Of a stretch of 64,000 nucleotides of DNA, positions 11,800-24,029 are shown in pieces (the first letter of the stretch is position 1; each line of letters starts with the position of its first letter). A model generated the notes under the pieces. The model made no database searches. It had not been told where the DNA came from and worked only from the letters and a program-made list of their open reading frames with translations. The DNA lies in contig OZ024747.1 of assembly GCA_964016885.1 (NCBI GenBank), forward strand, positions 85,622,001 through 85,686,000, read 5' to 3'. The translations under genes were made by a program, and so were the position numbers. The DNA comes from Eledone cirrhosa. Taxonomy: Eukaryota.

Positions 11800-13900
11800 A
11801 GCAAAAGTTTACTTTATGGTATCTCTCCACACATCGCGATCCTTTGTCATCACCTCTGTGAGTCTCAGTGATTTGAAGTCAGCTCTCATAACCTCTGCCC
11901 AGGTCTTTCTTGATCTACCTCTACTGCAACTTCCTTCCACTGGCATTTCTTCACCCAACAAGTATTTTCCATGTGCATCACATGTCCAAACCAATGCAGT
12001 CTTCTCTCCTGCACACCATCTTGAATTCCTGTTAAACCCAGCTTCTCCTTCAACTCGGCCAAACTCTGCCTCACTCTCACACATACATTGCACATCTAAT
12101 GAAGCATGTTTGCTCCATTTCTTTCCTGTATATGCATGTCCTCTGCAGTCACAGCCTATGTTTCACTACCATATAGCATCGCACTTCACACACAAGTATC
12201 ATACAGTTGTCCTTTTGTATGTAGGGAGAAACCTTTTGTGGTCAATATTGGGTGTAGCTCTGAACTTTTTCCACCCTATCTTTATTCTAGCTATTATGCT
12301 CTCAGAACACCCTCCTCCATTACTAATTACATTTCCTACATAGCAGAAGCTATCAACCACTTCTATGGGTCCTTCCTGTGACTGAAATAGGCTTACATTA
12401 CTGCTTATCTTCCCTTCATGTTAGCTTACTCGTTATCCCACATCTCTTGTGTACCCAATATTTACATTGTGTACATCGTACAGGGTTAATGCATTCTCCC
12501 TTTCTACATATTGAGCAGGACCACTTCGTTGAAGGAATCAAGGTCCTATCTTCACTCCTACTCACTAGCACTTTAGTTTTGGCAAAGTTTACTCTTAGGT
12601 CTTTTGATTCTAAATTTTGCTTCCATAGTCAGAACTTATTTTCTAGCTCTTTAATGGATTTGGCTAGGACAAAATCATCTACATAGAGAAGTTCCAATGG
12701 CCAGCCAGTCTTAAAGTCTATTATATCTTGAAGGACTGAAATGAATAGTACTGAGTTAAGAACCAAACCCTGATGAACTCCTACTTGTACCTTGAATTTC
12801 TCACTAAACACAATTCCTACTCTCACTTTGCTGACAGCGCCTCTGTACATGATTTGCACTGCTCTCACCAACCATTCTTCTACACCTAATTTCCTTAAGG
12901 ACCACCAGATAATAGATCAGGGTACTCTGTCAAACACTTTTTCTAGATCAACAAAAGCTAGGTATAGTGGCATATTTTTGGCAAAGAACTTCTCTTGTAG
13001 TTGCCTCATGAAAAAGAAGACATCTGTAGTACTTTTCCCAGGCATGAAATCAAACTGCATTTCGTCTAATTTGACCTTTTCTTTAGTTAGTTGCTCTATA
13101 ACTCTTTCCATCACTTGGTTCATTAGTTTTATTCCTCTATAGTTGCTCCCCTCTAGGGCATCACCTTTGCCCTTCTAGCAATTTACAATAGTACTGCTGT
13201 GCCAGTTATTGGGTATGACACTATCCTGTATTAACTGATTGACAATGCAAGTCACTAGTTTGACTCCTACTTCTGACTTTTAGTATCTTAGCAGTTATCT
13301 CATAGTCGTGCAGCTTTACTATTTTTCATCTATTTGATTGCTTCTTTAACCCTATAACATTTCCAGGCCTCTTTCTTTAGAGCATCAGTGATGCTAAATA
13401 CACTGGTGTCGTTTCTAATACACTTTTCTCAAACATCACGATTCACACTAACACACTGCCTTGCAATGCTGAACACTTCATGTCTCTGATCTTCACATCT
13501 CAGGACGTTGGCAAACTTTCTTTCTTCAGCCTCTCTCTCAGCTGTGTATACTTGTCACCTAGCACCGGTCTCTGCTAGGTGACAAGTATACACAGCTCCG
13601 AGTCTTTTTCCAGTCTTTCCAAGCCTGTCTCTTGGCTTCAATTGCTCCATTTTCTGAGCTGTTCCACCACCAGGTCACCCTCTGACTGGCTGGTGCTCTA
13701 ATCCATAAGTCACATAAGTAGTTTGCAAAAGGTTGTCACATAAGAATTACCAGTTGTTCTCTATATCATAGATATCTAGCTCTTCAGCTTCCAGACCCTC
13801 TGTCTTCATATTTTCCTGCCTGTGCTGTTCTGTCTCATGTTTATTTTGATATCACTAATAACTAACTTGTGCTGAGTGGTGCATTCCTCTCCGGGGAAGC
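11800..13900 (-). mobile_element. Degenerate RTE-clade LINE (RT and C-terminal region), WBP2 intron 1
   Basis: Frameshifted ORFs with QFDFMPGKSTTD, LAFVDLEKVFDRVP, VGVHQG, LLYVDD and RRLHWFGHV. Confidence 0.92.
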
Positions 13901-15399
13901 CCTTACAGTCCGTTTGTATTGTTATCTAAAAGGAAATTGACTAATTTGGCTTTTGTATACACCTGATTGATATGTTTTCACCTACCACATTCCTCTCATA
14001 AGGCATTTGATAACCAGAGGCTAGTGGAAAACACTTTCCCAAGGTGCCACGCAGTGAGACTGAAACAAAAGCCAACTGGTTGCAAAGCGCATTTCTGTAC
14101 TCAACCATTTTTGGGATGTCGCTTGTTGATGTCATTGTGAGACAGATCTTTATAGATAATAATTCTTAGATGTTCACTCTGCCTGTTGCAGACTGTGAAT
14201 CAACATAAAATGTTCTCCACAAAGTTTGATTATCAACAGTAGAGTTTAAAGAGCAAATGTCAAGTCCAGTCCATAAATTGACATTATCAAGCCAGCATTT
14301 TGGCTGTCAACCTCTGCTTCTCTTACTGGCTAACTTTCCTTCTAGGCATAACTCACACCACGAGTTGATCTTTTAATATGACCATAGATTTATGTACTCT
14401 TGATTTGATAACTGATGTTAAACTTGGTAATGTTGAACAGCTTATTGATAGAGATATGGTTGCTGAGTCTGTTAGTCCTAAGTCTCATGATATGGTTCTG
14501 GAATGTAGAGAGCTTCTGAAGTGACCATGTCCAGTTAATGCAATCAAGACCATATAACACAACTGATAGCTGATAACGAAGATAGAACAATCTAGGTGTT
14601 TGAGAATCACTCATTTTTATAATAGCTGTTTGATAACACTCTTCGTGATTAAAATATGCAGCTACTACAGTATACACAAATACCTATATATTGTTGATAA
14701 AGGTGGTAAAGTTCCATACAAATCAAAGTTTATAGGTAAAAGTGAAAATAAAAAGCACAAGGGCTATATTTAAAGATTATTTTTTCTTTAATCTGATAGA
14801 ATGTATATTTTTATAATTGTTACATTAAATGGATTTAAATTGTCAAATATTACTGGTTTTAATTGGTATGACAATTCTATGAAATATTAAAAAAGTTTGT
14901 TCTCATATTCTGTGGGCAGCTAGAACATATGTGAATTTTCTGTCAGAATTTCTTCTCATATATATATATATATATATGTTCTTTATCAAGGTGGGGTGGT
15001 GAAGGTGTAAGTGGGTTGAATCCTGATCTGTTGAACCTCACTTTTACCATTACCACTCCCCCATCGTAACTTTTTTTAATATTTCATAAGATCGACATAC
15101 CAATCGAAATTAAAGATAATAACCTATATATATACTCATGTGTTTTCCACTTTTACTTTTTACTTATATATGTGTGTGTGTGTGTGTGTATCCTGGGTTC
15201 AATTGGGGTCCACAGTAAGTAAGGTACTCAATACACAGCAGGGTATAAATATCTAATATAGAAATGGCTTCTACATGACTTGATTTCCTTCGAATGAAAC
15301 AGTTCTAGTCCTGTAGAAGCCATTTCTATATTAAATATATATACATATAAACTTGTTCAACCTGCGCCGATGAAAATGAACCAGGTTGAACAAGTTGGT

Positions 15400-15770
15400 C
15401 TTAAGGGCTAACGAAAGGTAAGGGGCCAAAGTTATGGCCATTTACGTTGAGTTCAAATCCTGCCGAGATTAACTTTGCCTTTCATTCTTACGACATGAGT
15501 ATCAGTAATGCACTGGGGTAATTTGCTGGCCTTGAGCCAAAAGTGGAAGCAATAATTATATTCCAACTCGACCCACAGACTTAAGTTGTTCTATACCTTG
15601 GATACTTTTACATACCTATTACTACTATATATGTGTGTGTACACCAATATATCTTATAGGTATTGTGTCAGAGTTAACTTTGCCTTTCATCCTTACAGGG
15701 TCGATAAAATAAAGTACTAGTAATGCACTGGGGTAATTGCTGCCCTTGTGCCAAAAGTAGAAACAATTGT
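15400..15770 (+). mobile_element. Two SINE family A copies (one 5'-truncated) in WBP2 intron 1
   Basis: B-box, central domain and tail at 15448-15555. Central domain and tail again at 15668-15768. Confidence 0.8.
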
Positions 15771-16851
15771 GTATAATTAGTGTTATTTCCTATCCACAGC
15801 CATGCAGCAAAGAAACCATCAACAAAACTCCTCTATTTACAAAACATTCAACTATAATAATACGCCATGTGTGTTTGTATATATCTGCTTCTAACACTTT
15901 CAAATTTTCACACGCATACACACAATGCTTTCTCTATCTCAGTCCCAATTTGTCCACTTTCCAATCACTAGGTCCTCGGTTCTAACCCCATGTCTGTCCC
16001 TGTAAATCATTATTTCTCTTAAGTTAGTGTCATTTGTACATTTATGCTGAACATTTCTGTAATTATATTCTAGAAACAAAGTGTTAAAATATCATTATCT
16101 TTAATCACTTCCAGGTGTCAGTAATCAACATAAACTATAGGGTTTCTCTTATTCAAACCATTAATTTTTCTAAACGTAAATTCTCCAGTTTATATGATTG
16201 TTTCATATATTTAGTGTTCCTGGTATATATGACACGATTCCTGGACTACAAAGATTAAAACATTTAACGCTATTGCCGTCATTATTGACAGCATTGGTGA
16301 ACTAGTCAACAAATAATCAAGGATAATACCGCAGATGGATGGAAAACTTCTAGAACACACACCATAAACACTGGTAGCCACACATCCGTTTGAACTATAT
16401 AATATCCATACATATAAGTGTAAATATATATATATATATATATAGTATATGTATAAACTGTGTGTGTGAATGTAGTTTTTCTGTGTATATATTGGTCTCT
16501 ATACACTATTTTAACTATATACATACATACATACATACATTAGAGGAGTGTATATATATTCGTTTAGTTGTTTTCATCAGTAGACTGTGGTTATGTCGTG
16601 GTGTACATACATAAACACACACACATATATATATATATAAAGATTCAGGGCCCCGACGGTCGAGCTCCGGCCGTTTCGACAGCTAGATCCGATATATATA
16701 TATATATATAGTTACAATTATGTTCGTGTACATAATGTATATAAACATTATATATATGTATATACATACATGTATATAAACGATTACGTTGATTGTTTTT
16801 TGCATAAATTTATGATATATATATGTATGTATTTAATGAGGTTTTACTAAC

Positions 16852-16907
16852 CTTTCTCCCGTATAAATTAACACACCGTAATTACAATGTGCCGTGTTCA
16901 AAGCCAT
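16852..16907 (-). CDS. WBP2: WBP2 homologue, coding exon 1 (MALNTAHCNYGVLIYTGE-R)
   Basis: ATG at 16907, 56 nt, donor AG|GTTAGT (phase 2). The peptide resembles the vertebrate WBP2 N-terminus (MALNKNH...GVIV). Confidence 0.9.
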
Positions 16908-17064
16908 TGCTGCGAAACCAAATTCAACACATATATAAGTGTCTGTATATGTTTGTCTTTTTACACACCCAGTTATATATGCGTTTGCGTCAATGTGCAC
17001 GTATGTATCAGTATGGGCGCGTCTCTGTGTGTATATGTAGCTGTGTGTATGTGTAAAATACTGA

Positions 17065-17104
17065 TGACGCAGTTACGGCTGTTCACGTGACAAGTCTCAT
17101 GTGA
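17065..17104. promoter_or_regulatory. E-box/CLEAR-like TCACGTGAC and M-box-like TCATGTGA upstream of WBP2
   Basis: TCACGTGAC at 17083-17091, TCATGTGA at 17097-17104 and TGACGCA at 17065, all about 160-200 bp upstream of the WBP2 ATG in a locally CpG-richer patch. Confidence 0.4.
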
Positions 17105-18618
17105 TTAAGCACATCTCTTTCATTATAACTTCTCTTTTTGATTAACTAATAAACGACATATTTTAAATATATATATATATATACAGAGAGAGATAATCAA
17201 CGGTTTCTGATATAAGCACAAGACCTGCAATTTGGGGGAGGGGAAAGTCGATTAGATTGACCCTAGTGCGTTACTGGTACTTTATTTTATCGACTCCGTA
17301 AAGATGTATGACATTTATGTTGGGTTGAAGATAAATAGATATATAAAAAAAGTCAACAAATATTTATTGATGGAATGAGTCCATTACATATAGTAGAGTC
17401 GTATTTCTCTCATACGTACCTCACTTCACTAACATATCAATATATCATATTAATATATCTCTATAATATATAGTCATTATGAATATATATGTACGCGCAC
17501 ATTATCCCCCCCCCCTCTCTCTCTCTATATATATATATATATAAGTATACAGAAAATGCTGAAGTACAGAAATGCTATAAAAAATAGCTTAGGGCGAAGA
17601 CCCTTAAAAGACGGAAAAAGAAGTTGCTATTGGTCGCTATAAGGAATTGAACCCCATATCTTCCAGATACCGGGTATATATATATATTTATATAAACATA
17701 CAATATTTATTATATAAGGCGAAATGCACTAATTAAATATTTGAAAAAATCAATAAAAATAACAAATTTTTATTTTTTATGTAATACTGAATCGAAAACG
17801 AGAGTTGCTTCCCCTTTGCTTTTATGATCCCCCCCCCCCCCCCCCCCCCCGACCCCTCTTCTTCGTCCATAATTCTTTTTTTTTTCTTTCTCTATCAGTT
17901 CTCTATCCTTTCTTTTTTTACTGCTTTTTCCCCCTCACATTAACTCTATTATTTCGTTTTATCTAATCTCTTCTGTCTCTGTTTCCTTCATTAAGTTTCT
18001 AGTCTTGTCTCTCTTCCCCCTCCCGTTTTCTCTTAACTCTATATTTTCTCGCTGCTTTATAATCTGTATCTGTCTCTTCTTGCAGTCCCCTTTTCTACCT
18101 TTTCTCTTTTATTCTATTTGCTTTACCATCCATACCGCTCTCTCTCTCTTCCTCTGTTTTTCATTCGTTCTTTTCCCTCTCACGTTTTGCAGCTTTCAAT
18201 TTTTCTCTCTTTCTCCCTCCTTTCTTTTTACTCTCTCGTTTAACCATCTCCATACTTCACTGTGTTTTATCTCTATATTTTCCTTTTCATCTTACATAAA
18301 CACTACCTCATCCTTTCTCTCCGTTCATTTTATTACCTTTCTTTCTGCATCCCTATCTCTCTCCTTTTATTTTATCTTCTTATCTATCCCTTTTTGATCT
18401 TTCATACTGTCTCTCTCATCTTTTACTCCTCCTCCCCTGTTTACTTTCAAAGCTATAACTCCCCCTGCCTCTGTTTTATACTCTCACCTCACCTCACCTC
18501 ATCTTACCTTTGTCTTTCATCCCCCCTTCTACCTCCCTTCTCTGTGAGATGTCTCAGCAGCAGTCATTGTGCCGAGGGAAGCTAACGGTGTAAAGTGAAT
18601 CCAAGTGACTTGCGTGTG

Positions 18619-18640
18619 ATTGGCACGTCTTCATAGCAAC
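18619..18640. promoter_or_regulatory. CCAAT box (ATTGG) next to an RFX X-box-like GTCTTCATAGCAAC
   Basis: Motifs read directly from the sequence, in a CpG-containing unique segment of the divergent intergenic region. Confidence 0.35.
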
Positions 18641-19788
18641 GGTTGAAGGAGACGGAACCTTTGTAACGCTTTCCTTTGCCACATCGCGTCAATATATTCA
18701 TTATAACATTTCCAGAGTAGAAAACAAAAACACATGCATACTCAGACGAAAAATCTTACCATTTATTCAATATCATTTTCTCTCTCATGCTCCCGAGGGT
18801 CCATAAAATTAAGTACCAGTTATGCACTGAGTTCGTTTTAATCGATTATACCTTCTTCTAAAATGTATGGCATCTCTACTTATGTTAGAAAACATCATTA
18901 TGGTTATTAAGGCCAGTGGATTAGTAGAACAAGGTAAAGTCCTGGATTAATCAAAACAACAAACAAATAATAACAACAATAATACCTGGTGGTATTTAGA
19001 TACGTTTTCGATTTAAATTCCACCAGGGTCAACTAAACCTTACATCTTTCAGTGAGGGAGTGGGTTATATAAGGTTACCAAAAAGGTATTAGTGTGGGAA
19101 TCTATTTAATCTACTACAACACACATCTCCCTTCCCTACAGATGCGTGGCTTTTTGCCCTCCTATGTAACAAGAAATGTCTGATGATTCTATCAGCTTTA
19201 TATTTTGTATTGTTTCTGTAAAGAAAATCACACAAGGCCGGAGACATCGCACCTTTGTGGAGCACGCTGGCCATTCTCCAATAACAATAGACGTTAGTGT
19301 TGGCAAGTAGAGAGGAAGGAGCATGAAAGAAGAAGAAGCAGCAGTGAAGGAAGACTCATCATAACGCTAAAGAAATAACGGATTATATTTCTATTTCTAT
19401 CTCTATCGCTTATTTCTTCTACTTACTAATTTTTGTTTGTTTTTTTTGTTTTCTCTCCGTGTTGTATCTGCTTTGTGGAGATTACGTACGTTAAAAGACG
19501 AACCCTCGAGAAGAAAAATATTAAAGAAAAAATATAATGAAAACAATTCGCTTGTGATGCTGTGATACTGGTGACATCTTCGAGTTTTGTCCGATGGAAG
19601 TTGTAAGTTTGGTGTCGGTGCTGAAGCCAAAACAAACAAAGAAGCTTAGAAGTGATCTTTTGTTTTTGTTGTATGTCTATCCATTTCAAATAGATCTGAT
19701 ATAAGTTTTTAAATGAATGAATGAATTGAACGGTTGTTTCGTTGGTTGGGTGTCGTCGGTCTGTTTAGGTTGGAGCTGCTGCTAAAAA

Positions 19789-20302
19789 ATGTCCAACCAA
19801 ACAAGAAACGACGATGGTTGTAATACCATGTCTGATGACTACTACTACAACTACAATTACAACAACCACAACAATTACAATGACACTAATGACCCCAGTC
19901 CAGCTTATATGATGCCACCACCAACACCACCGCCACCTCCGTCGCCACCACCACCACAGATTACTACGTCAACGACGCTAAATTGTCGCACATCATCATC
20001 ACCAACAACAGCAACCACCACAACAAATAATAATAATAACAATAATAATAATTCGAACACTACTAGCAACGTGTGTCGTGCTATAGGACGGGGCAGATGT
20101 TGCCGCGACAGTTGCAGCCAAAGATGCCGTGGATGGAAGATAGAAGAACCAGGTGGACCGAAACTCTGGAGACAAATGGTCATCGGGTTTGTGAGTGCCG
20201 CCTGTGTTGGACTTATAATGTTCTCGTTAGGGAGTATCTTTATATCTGAGGCAGTTAGGTCGCGAATATCTATCACTATTATGCTCTGTATCATGGGAAT
20301 GG
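19789..20302 (+). CDS. Probable first coding exon of an unidentified membrane protein (low-complexity N-terminus, then two hydrophobic helices; DC-STAMP/DCST-like is only a guess)
   Basis: AAAAATG start, 514-nt open frame in unique CpG-containing sequence with N/P/T homopolymers and a Cys cluster. Hydrophobic segments MVIGFVSAACVGLIMFSLGSIFI and ISITIMLCIMGMG, then a strong donor G|GTGAGT at 20303. No downstream exon identified. Confidence 0.7.
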
Positions 20303-22759
20303 GTGAGTACACATTACTTCACTTTCTCTTTCTCTATCTATCTATAAACATGTGTATGTTTCTATATATTCGTAAATGTCTTTGTATATCTGCCTGTATT
20401 TTTCTATATATCTGTTTATCTAGCTCTCTACCTTATACTACAGATATGTGTGTAAATTCTATACATATATTTCTACCTATATGTGCAGCTTTCAGATTGT
20501 CTATTTGTCCATATAAATTAGCTATATGTTTGTAGAATTACCTATCTATATAACTACCTCTATAACCCCCCTCTCTCTTATACACATACATGCATCCACC
20601 TATCTATTTGTATATCTATCCATCCATATACCTGTCTATCTATCATTCCTGAACTGGTTGTGCACCATTCTCACTATCCATCTATTTGTCTCATAGTTAT
20701 CTATTTCGTCTGATCATTTGTTGGTCTACACGAAGGGAGAAACTTTACATGGTCGATTAACTTGCAAATAATAGCTGCCAAATTTCACTCAAATTACACC
20801 CTACAGTCTGAATTATATAATAAACACATTAGATAAAGGAATCCAAGATACTCTTGTACTTCTGGAATACCTGTGATCATTGATTTGTCTCTTCGATCAG
20901 GGATGAGATGGAACCAAACAAGAAAGAATGCAGTACCTGGGATTCGGACAAACCCCCCCAAGGACCAAAATACCACTCTACCTGATAAAATACCCAGATA
21001 GTAAAAAATAAAAAAGGCAAACGATAAAACAAAACCTCTTTATAGTTTTTCATAGCGAACATTATGAAAAGTAATTTACCTGATAAAGAATAAACTAAAA
21101 CTATATAAGCATCAACATTTCAAATTCTATTATTTTTTAACTATGTGGGGTAAGAGTATTTCAACCTGGTGCTTTTGTTGTGGACCTACAGTACCTCTAG
21201 CCCTCACTTTCAAACTCTTTAAAACTGATAAGGAGAACACAGGCAAGTCACAGACAATGCAGTTTCATTGATGTTTGAAAATCGTTAAGTCTATTGTTTT
21301 GTCTGTCTCCTCCTTTACCTGGTTTTAACGATAAATACACCAGCCACAAGGGATCCTATATGTGGTCATATGCTAGGAGTAGCAGCCAGATCCTCTACAA
21401 ATCATGCATGTCTCCTCCTTTACCCAGTTTTAACACTAGAAAGACACCAGCCACAAGAAAGCCTATATGTGGTCACCATACACGCTAGAAATAGCAGCTA
21501 AATACTCTTCCAATTACACCGTACCTTTTTTTAAAACGCGACACATTGAATACTATTGTTCGGGTTATACAATACCTTAGAGCATTAAACTCCCACACCC
21601 ATCGCTACCACCATCACCACTATCATAACCATCAACACCCCACCTCCACTATTACCATCCATTATCTTGGCTGAGACAGCGCAGTACCGCACTAAATGTT
21701 TGTAGCGTTAATAGTCCCCCTCTTTCACCTTTCAAGTTCAAATCCCATCAGTTTTTCTTACTTTACTTTTCGCTACTTCTGGGGTCAATAAAATAAGTAC
21801 CAGTCATGTACTAGGGTCTATAGTGTACACACTGATTTTCTTTTTTGGTCTATTACCTGTCGTGTATTATCATTACCTCTTGGGTTGATAATATAAGTAC
21901 CTGTCATATACTGAGATTTAGAGCACATAATGAGGATCTTCTTTTCACCATCAGATTGTTTTATAATTCATATAAATCATTAATGCCTCGTTGTTATTGT
22001 TGGAATGGGATGTTGTGAAGTTCATGCCATTACCAAATTCGTGTTCTGAGCTTCATTTATCTAGATATAGTTGAGTGGTTACAAAGGTTGCTTCACAACA
22101 ATGAGGTCTTGGGTTCCATCCCACTGCATGACATCTTGGGTAAAGTGTCTTTGCCATAGCTCTGGGTCAACCCAAGCATTGTGAGTGAGATTAGGTTGAC
22201 AGAAACTGTGTGGAAACCTGTTGGATGGACTGTATTTGTAATTCAAAGGTTCTGCGGAATACTCAGCCACTTTGACTATAATACAAAATGCACTGTACCT
22301 GTAATTAAAAGATCCAGCCTTGTTATGTATTTTATCATTCTGATTCAACTTCAGAATTGCATTAAGAGTAAACATGTCCATAGAATACTCAACCGCTTAC
22401 ATATTACATTAACAACCAGCTAGAAAGATGTTGCTAGCATGGAAAATAGCAACCAAATGATTATGATGATAGAGGTGGTGGTGGTGATGTTGATGGTGGA
22501 GGTGGTGGTGATGATGGATGCTCATCTTTGAAACTGACAGGTTCCATCATCAACAAACACTTGACAGTCCAATTTGTTCTGGTTGTTACAGACGTACTAA
22601 AAATATGTACATGTGCATATGGATCATGCACTAAAAGTATGTGTAAAGAAACTTCAACACAATTACAGCTTTCTAGTAAAGACCATCTGTTTGGCACATT
22701 TGTTTTTTTTTTCTTAAAGAATTAGAATTTTTTTCAAATTTGTATCAAGGAAAACATTT

Positions 22760-23010
22760 CAACCTTAAACCCTACTTAACACCTAACTGTAAATCATATC
22801 CAAACCCCTAACTCTAAACCCTAATAGTAAACACTAAACCCTAGTTCTGAAACCTAAACCAAACACCTAACCTAAAACTCAGCCCTAATCATAAACCCTA
22901 ACTCCAAACCTCACAACTTTAACCTTAACCCTAATCCCTAATGGTAAAACTATAACCTAACTGAAAACCCTAGTCCCTAAACCTTAGCCTAAATTGAACC
23001 CAAATCCCCA
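22760..23010. repeat. Degenerate (CCCTAA)n / AAACCCTAA telomere-like tract
   Basis: Many AACCCTAA and AACCTAA units in an interstitial position. Confidence 0.7.
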
Positions 23011-23054
23011 AGCTATAATAAATACTATAAATTTGATTAAGTATTACTTTAGGT

Positions 23055-23725
23055 CAAAGGTTCTCAACGGGGGGCATATGCACCCCCCGGGGGGGGGGTC
23101 CGGAACTCCAGGGGGAGGGGGGTTGGTGGGGCGCTGGAAGGCTCTTTATTTTGGTAAGTTTTATAAGCCATATTTGTATGTCTTTGAGACAGCCAGTGTG
23201 AATGCATTTGAATGAGCTTGCAGACAGCATAACTATAGTCTGACCGCAGCTGTGAGCAGGTGTGCAGGCATGTCTTGTAACTGAGACGTTAACCGGTAAT
23301 TGAGATCCTAAAAATGGAAAAACCCACAGTCAACTGGGTCAAAGACACTTTGAGCGCAGCCAGTTAGAATCTTATCTTTCCTTCACCGGTAACAATGTAT
23401 TTCATGTCTGAAATTATTGACTCAACCGCAACGAGTTAACACTATGTAGATCTATTTTATTCCCTATTGTATAAATAATATTACAAATAAAAAAAAGAAA
23501 AGAAAAAACAGAAGCGGGTAGCACACACATCTAGGACCACATACAACACATAATCAGATAATACACAAATCTTTGGAATATTGTTAATCAATTTTTTAGT
23601 AATCTACTGATATAAAAATCAGTAGTATATTGAAAAATGGAAAAATAGGGTGGCCGGGGGGGGGGGGGGGGGGGATTTCGAGGGACAAAAGGGGGCGTTT
23701 GGCCTAAATGGGTTGAGAACCTGTG
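23055..23725. mobile_element. hAT (Charlie-like) non-autonomous DNA transposon, 671 bp
   Basis: TIRs CAAAGGTTCTCAAC / GTTGAGAACCTGTG and a perfect 8-bp TSD CTTTAGGT (23047-23054 and 23726-23733). Confidence 0.92.
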
Positions 23726-24029
23726 CTTTAGGTCATGATCAAATAGCACACAATGAATTAGACCACCAAGTATTTGTTTTAAAACAATTTCTGGATCTAC
23801 GGAAAAGGTACCAGAAAAACAGTGTTTTGTGACTTTGGAACTATTTCACTTTATAAAGACATATATGAACCTATATAGGCAGTGAATTGGTAGAGTCATC
23901 GGAACATTAGATAGAAGTGTTTGTTCTGTCTCTCTGCACTCTGATTTCAAATCCCACCGAGGTCAACTTTGCCTTTCATCCTTTCAATGTCGAGAAAAAA
24001 AAAGGACCACTCCAATATTAGGGTAGATT

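Noticed and set aside
16545-16590. Minus-strand CTGATGA...GAATATATATA hammerhead-like string
   Set aside because: GAAA is altered and no stem I or II pairing is visible. Likely chance or too decayed to call.
18005-18585. Hydrophobic Phe/Leu/Ser-rich ORFs
   Set aside because: Translation of a polypyrimidine tract, with non-ATG starts.
20303-20535. C-terminal part of the 248-aa ORF
   Set aside because: Lies after a strong GTGAGT donor and is low-complexity TCTA/TATA-rich sequence, so it is intron read-through.
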